Shown here in pieces: positions 62,779-64,000 of a stretch of 64,000 nucleotides of DNA. The stretch is from Acetobacter sp. CAG:977. Its GTDB lineage: Bacteria; Pseudomonadota; Alphaproteobacteria; CAAGCB01; CAG-977. A model generated the notes under the pieces. It did no database searches, was not told the origin of the DNA, and was given only the letters and a program-made list of their open reading frames with translations. Numbering within the stretch: the first letter of the stretch is position 1; every line of letters starts with the position of its first letter. The stretch is from NCBI GenBank assembly GCA_000434295.1, contig HF994935.1:638235-702234 (forward strand), in the 5' to 3' direction. Position numbers and translations under genes: made by a program.

Positions 62779-63989
62779 CTGGCTTTGTCTCCTTTGAACC
62801 ATGCGGCTAAAACAGCGCCGACCTTCTTTCCTGACGATATTATACTTCTTTTTTCGGGCCATGTACAGAAGGCTTCCGCACTTTTGTCCATTTTTTCGCC
62901 AAATGCGGAATTCGAACGGGAAAGCTTTTTCAATTTTGAAAGAATGTCCGAATCCATTCTCAATGCTTCATCACCGCTGACATACCCAGAAGCCGAAAAA
63001 GAAGCCTTACTGCCCGGAACGTAAAAATTACACTTCCCGATCCCGAAGCGCTGCAGACTTCCGTTTAAATTTTGCCTTTGTGCTCCGTATCCGACCCCCT
63101 GCAACACACATTCGTCGCTGCGGCGAACGGCTTTCCTGTCCCCGTAAAAAGCTTTAAACGCCGCCTCATAAGCCATACCCGCATCCGAAAAACGTTGTCT
63201 GGATCTGGCGTACGCAACAGCCTGAGACGGATTTTCTTCTTTAAACCATCTCCACAAATCGGGGTTCTTTCTGCGCAACTCATAACAAACCGCGCCCAAA
63301 ACGGCTCCCTTGTCGGCACAAAAAGCCCGATGCGCCGAAACGGCATCGCCGACACCCAAAAACCGCCCTGCCGCAAGATCACGCCCCAAAGTTCCGCTTT
63401 CTCTGATCTTGATAACAATATCTTTCAGTGCTTCGTTGTCCGAAGCGTCCGCAGAAATAAAAACAGAAAACGGTTTCTCCGTACTTTTTTGCTCTGCCCG
63501 TTTCGGAGACGCAAAAATTATCCGTCCCCCTTCAGATTCAAAATCCGCAATCAATGCCGCGGCCGTCGGACTGAACGACAGCGCTTCTTTCGCCGAAGAA
63601 AGCTTTTGACTAAAAACGCAAGGCTTTATTTTTCCCGTTTCAGAAATGACGGAAAACGAATACAAAGAATAATCGCGCCCGATTTTGGGATATAACAACG
63701 CCCCTTCGGCATTCTTTTTTTCATAAATGCCGTAGACATCCCGAGAAACCGACATTATGCGTTCCGTTTCCAAAAAATCAGAATGTTTCGACATATATCC
63801 GCCGTCGGATCCCCAACGGCAAATCGATTCCAATATTTCCGATGACGGCAAAAACCCTTTTTCTTCTTTTATATATGAAGAATGAATATATTTGGATTGC
63901 AGCAAATCATAGCGGTTAACGTATGACCGATCGTCAAACCACGCTTTGAACGCTTCCCGTATGCACGCCGCCCGATCCTGCGTTTCCAA
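62775..63989 (-). CDS. array paralog 6 (HExxH degenerate) fused in-frame to C-terminal half of a further upstream copy; 5' end beyond window
   Basis: N-terminal visible part = ...EAFKAWFDDRSYVNRYD + ~110 aa tail (C-half of copy 7); then FSPTAAALIADFESEGG... with IVIKIRESG replacing VHExRHS, retained ...DAVSAHRAFCADKGAVLGAVCYELR and AFKAWYGDRKAV blocks. Confidence 0.45.
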   Translation of the reverse strand: METQDRAACIREAFKAWFDDRSYVNRYDLLQSKYIHSSYIKEEKGFLPSSEILESICRWGSDGGYMSKHSDFLETERIMSVSRDVYGIYEKKNAEGALLYPKIGRDYSLYSFSVISETGKIKPCVFSQKLSSAKEALSFSPTAAALIADFESEGGRIIFASPKRAEQKSTEKPFSVFISADASDNEALKDIVIKIRESGTLGRDLAAGRFLGVGDAVSAHRAFCADKGAVLGAVCYELRRKNPDLWRWFKEENPSQAVAYARSRQRFSDAGMAYEAAFKAFYGDRKAVRRSDECVLQGVGYGAQRQNLNGSLQRFGIGKCNFYVPGSKASFSASGYVSGDEALRMDSDILSKLKKLSRSNSAFGEKMDKSAEAFCTWPEKRSIISSGKKVGAVLAAWFKGDKAR

Positions 63990-64000
63990 AGCCGCATCGG

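Overview
The window reads as an alphaproteobacterial-type chromosomal segment. GC looks moderate by eye and was not computed. Mostly conserved housekeeping and envelope genes, with three accessory patches.

Core genes on the plus strand, 1-19.8 kb: mfd 3' end, purU, a Crp/Fnr regulator translationally coupled to a receiver-only response regulator, a secreted Sel1-repeat protein, a PAS-GGDEF-EAL protein, ssb, gyrA, coaD, a cyclophilin and a GT2 glycosyltransferase. A motAB-like stator pair sits on the minus strand at 4.8-6.3 kb. Core genes on the minus strand, 20-35 kb: MBL hydrolase, tatD, holB, tmk, a D-Ala-D-Ala carboxypeptidase, rlpA, an MltB-like transglycosylase, then tRNA-Ser(TGA), ybaK, a DsbD-like protein, yqgE/algH and metG. 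From 35.8 to 42.3 kb lies a complete MoxR/DUF58/DUF4381/BatA/BatB-C-fusion/BatD ('Bat') operon. After a hydantoinase, 45.9-48.6 kb is a lower-GC islet of orphan genes (ORFans) around an XRE regulator. This is followed by nusB-nrdR-glyA-rpiB, an M16 peptidase, thrC, an ElbB/DJ-1-like gene and yajC-secD-secF.

The most unusual content is at 58.2-64.0 kb and runs off the window edge. It is a same-strand tandem array of at least six diverged paralogs, each about 300 aa. They share a conserved HE[AS]RH[SA]xQ zincin-type motif, a NRxxEADAxAxxC[AS]AAFEM block and a AFKAW[YF]xDxxYVxxYD block. They have basic Arg-containing C-termini, tight translational coupling, and one catalytically degenerate copy fused in-frame to the tail of a further copy. 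I do not recognise this family. I interpret it as a candidate expanded arsenal of small gluzincin-like effector, toxin or protease proteins.

No CRISPR arrays, IS elements, integrases or rRNA genes were seen.
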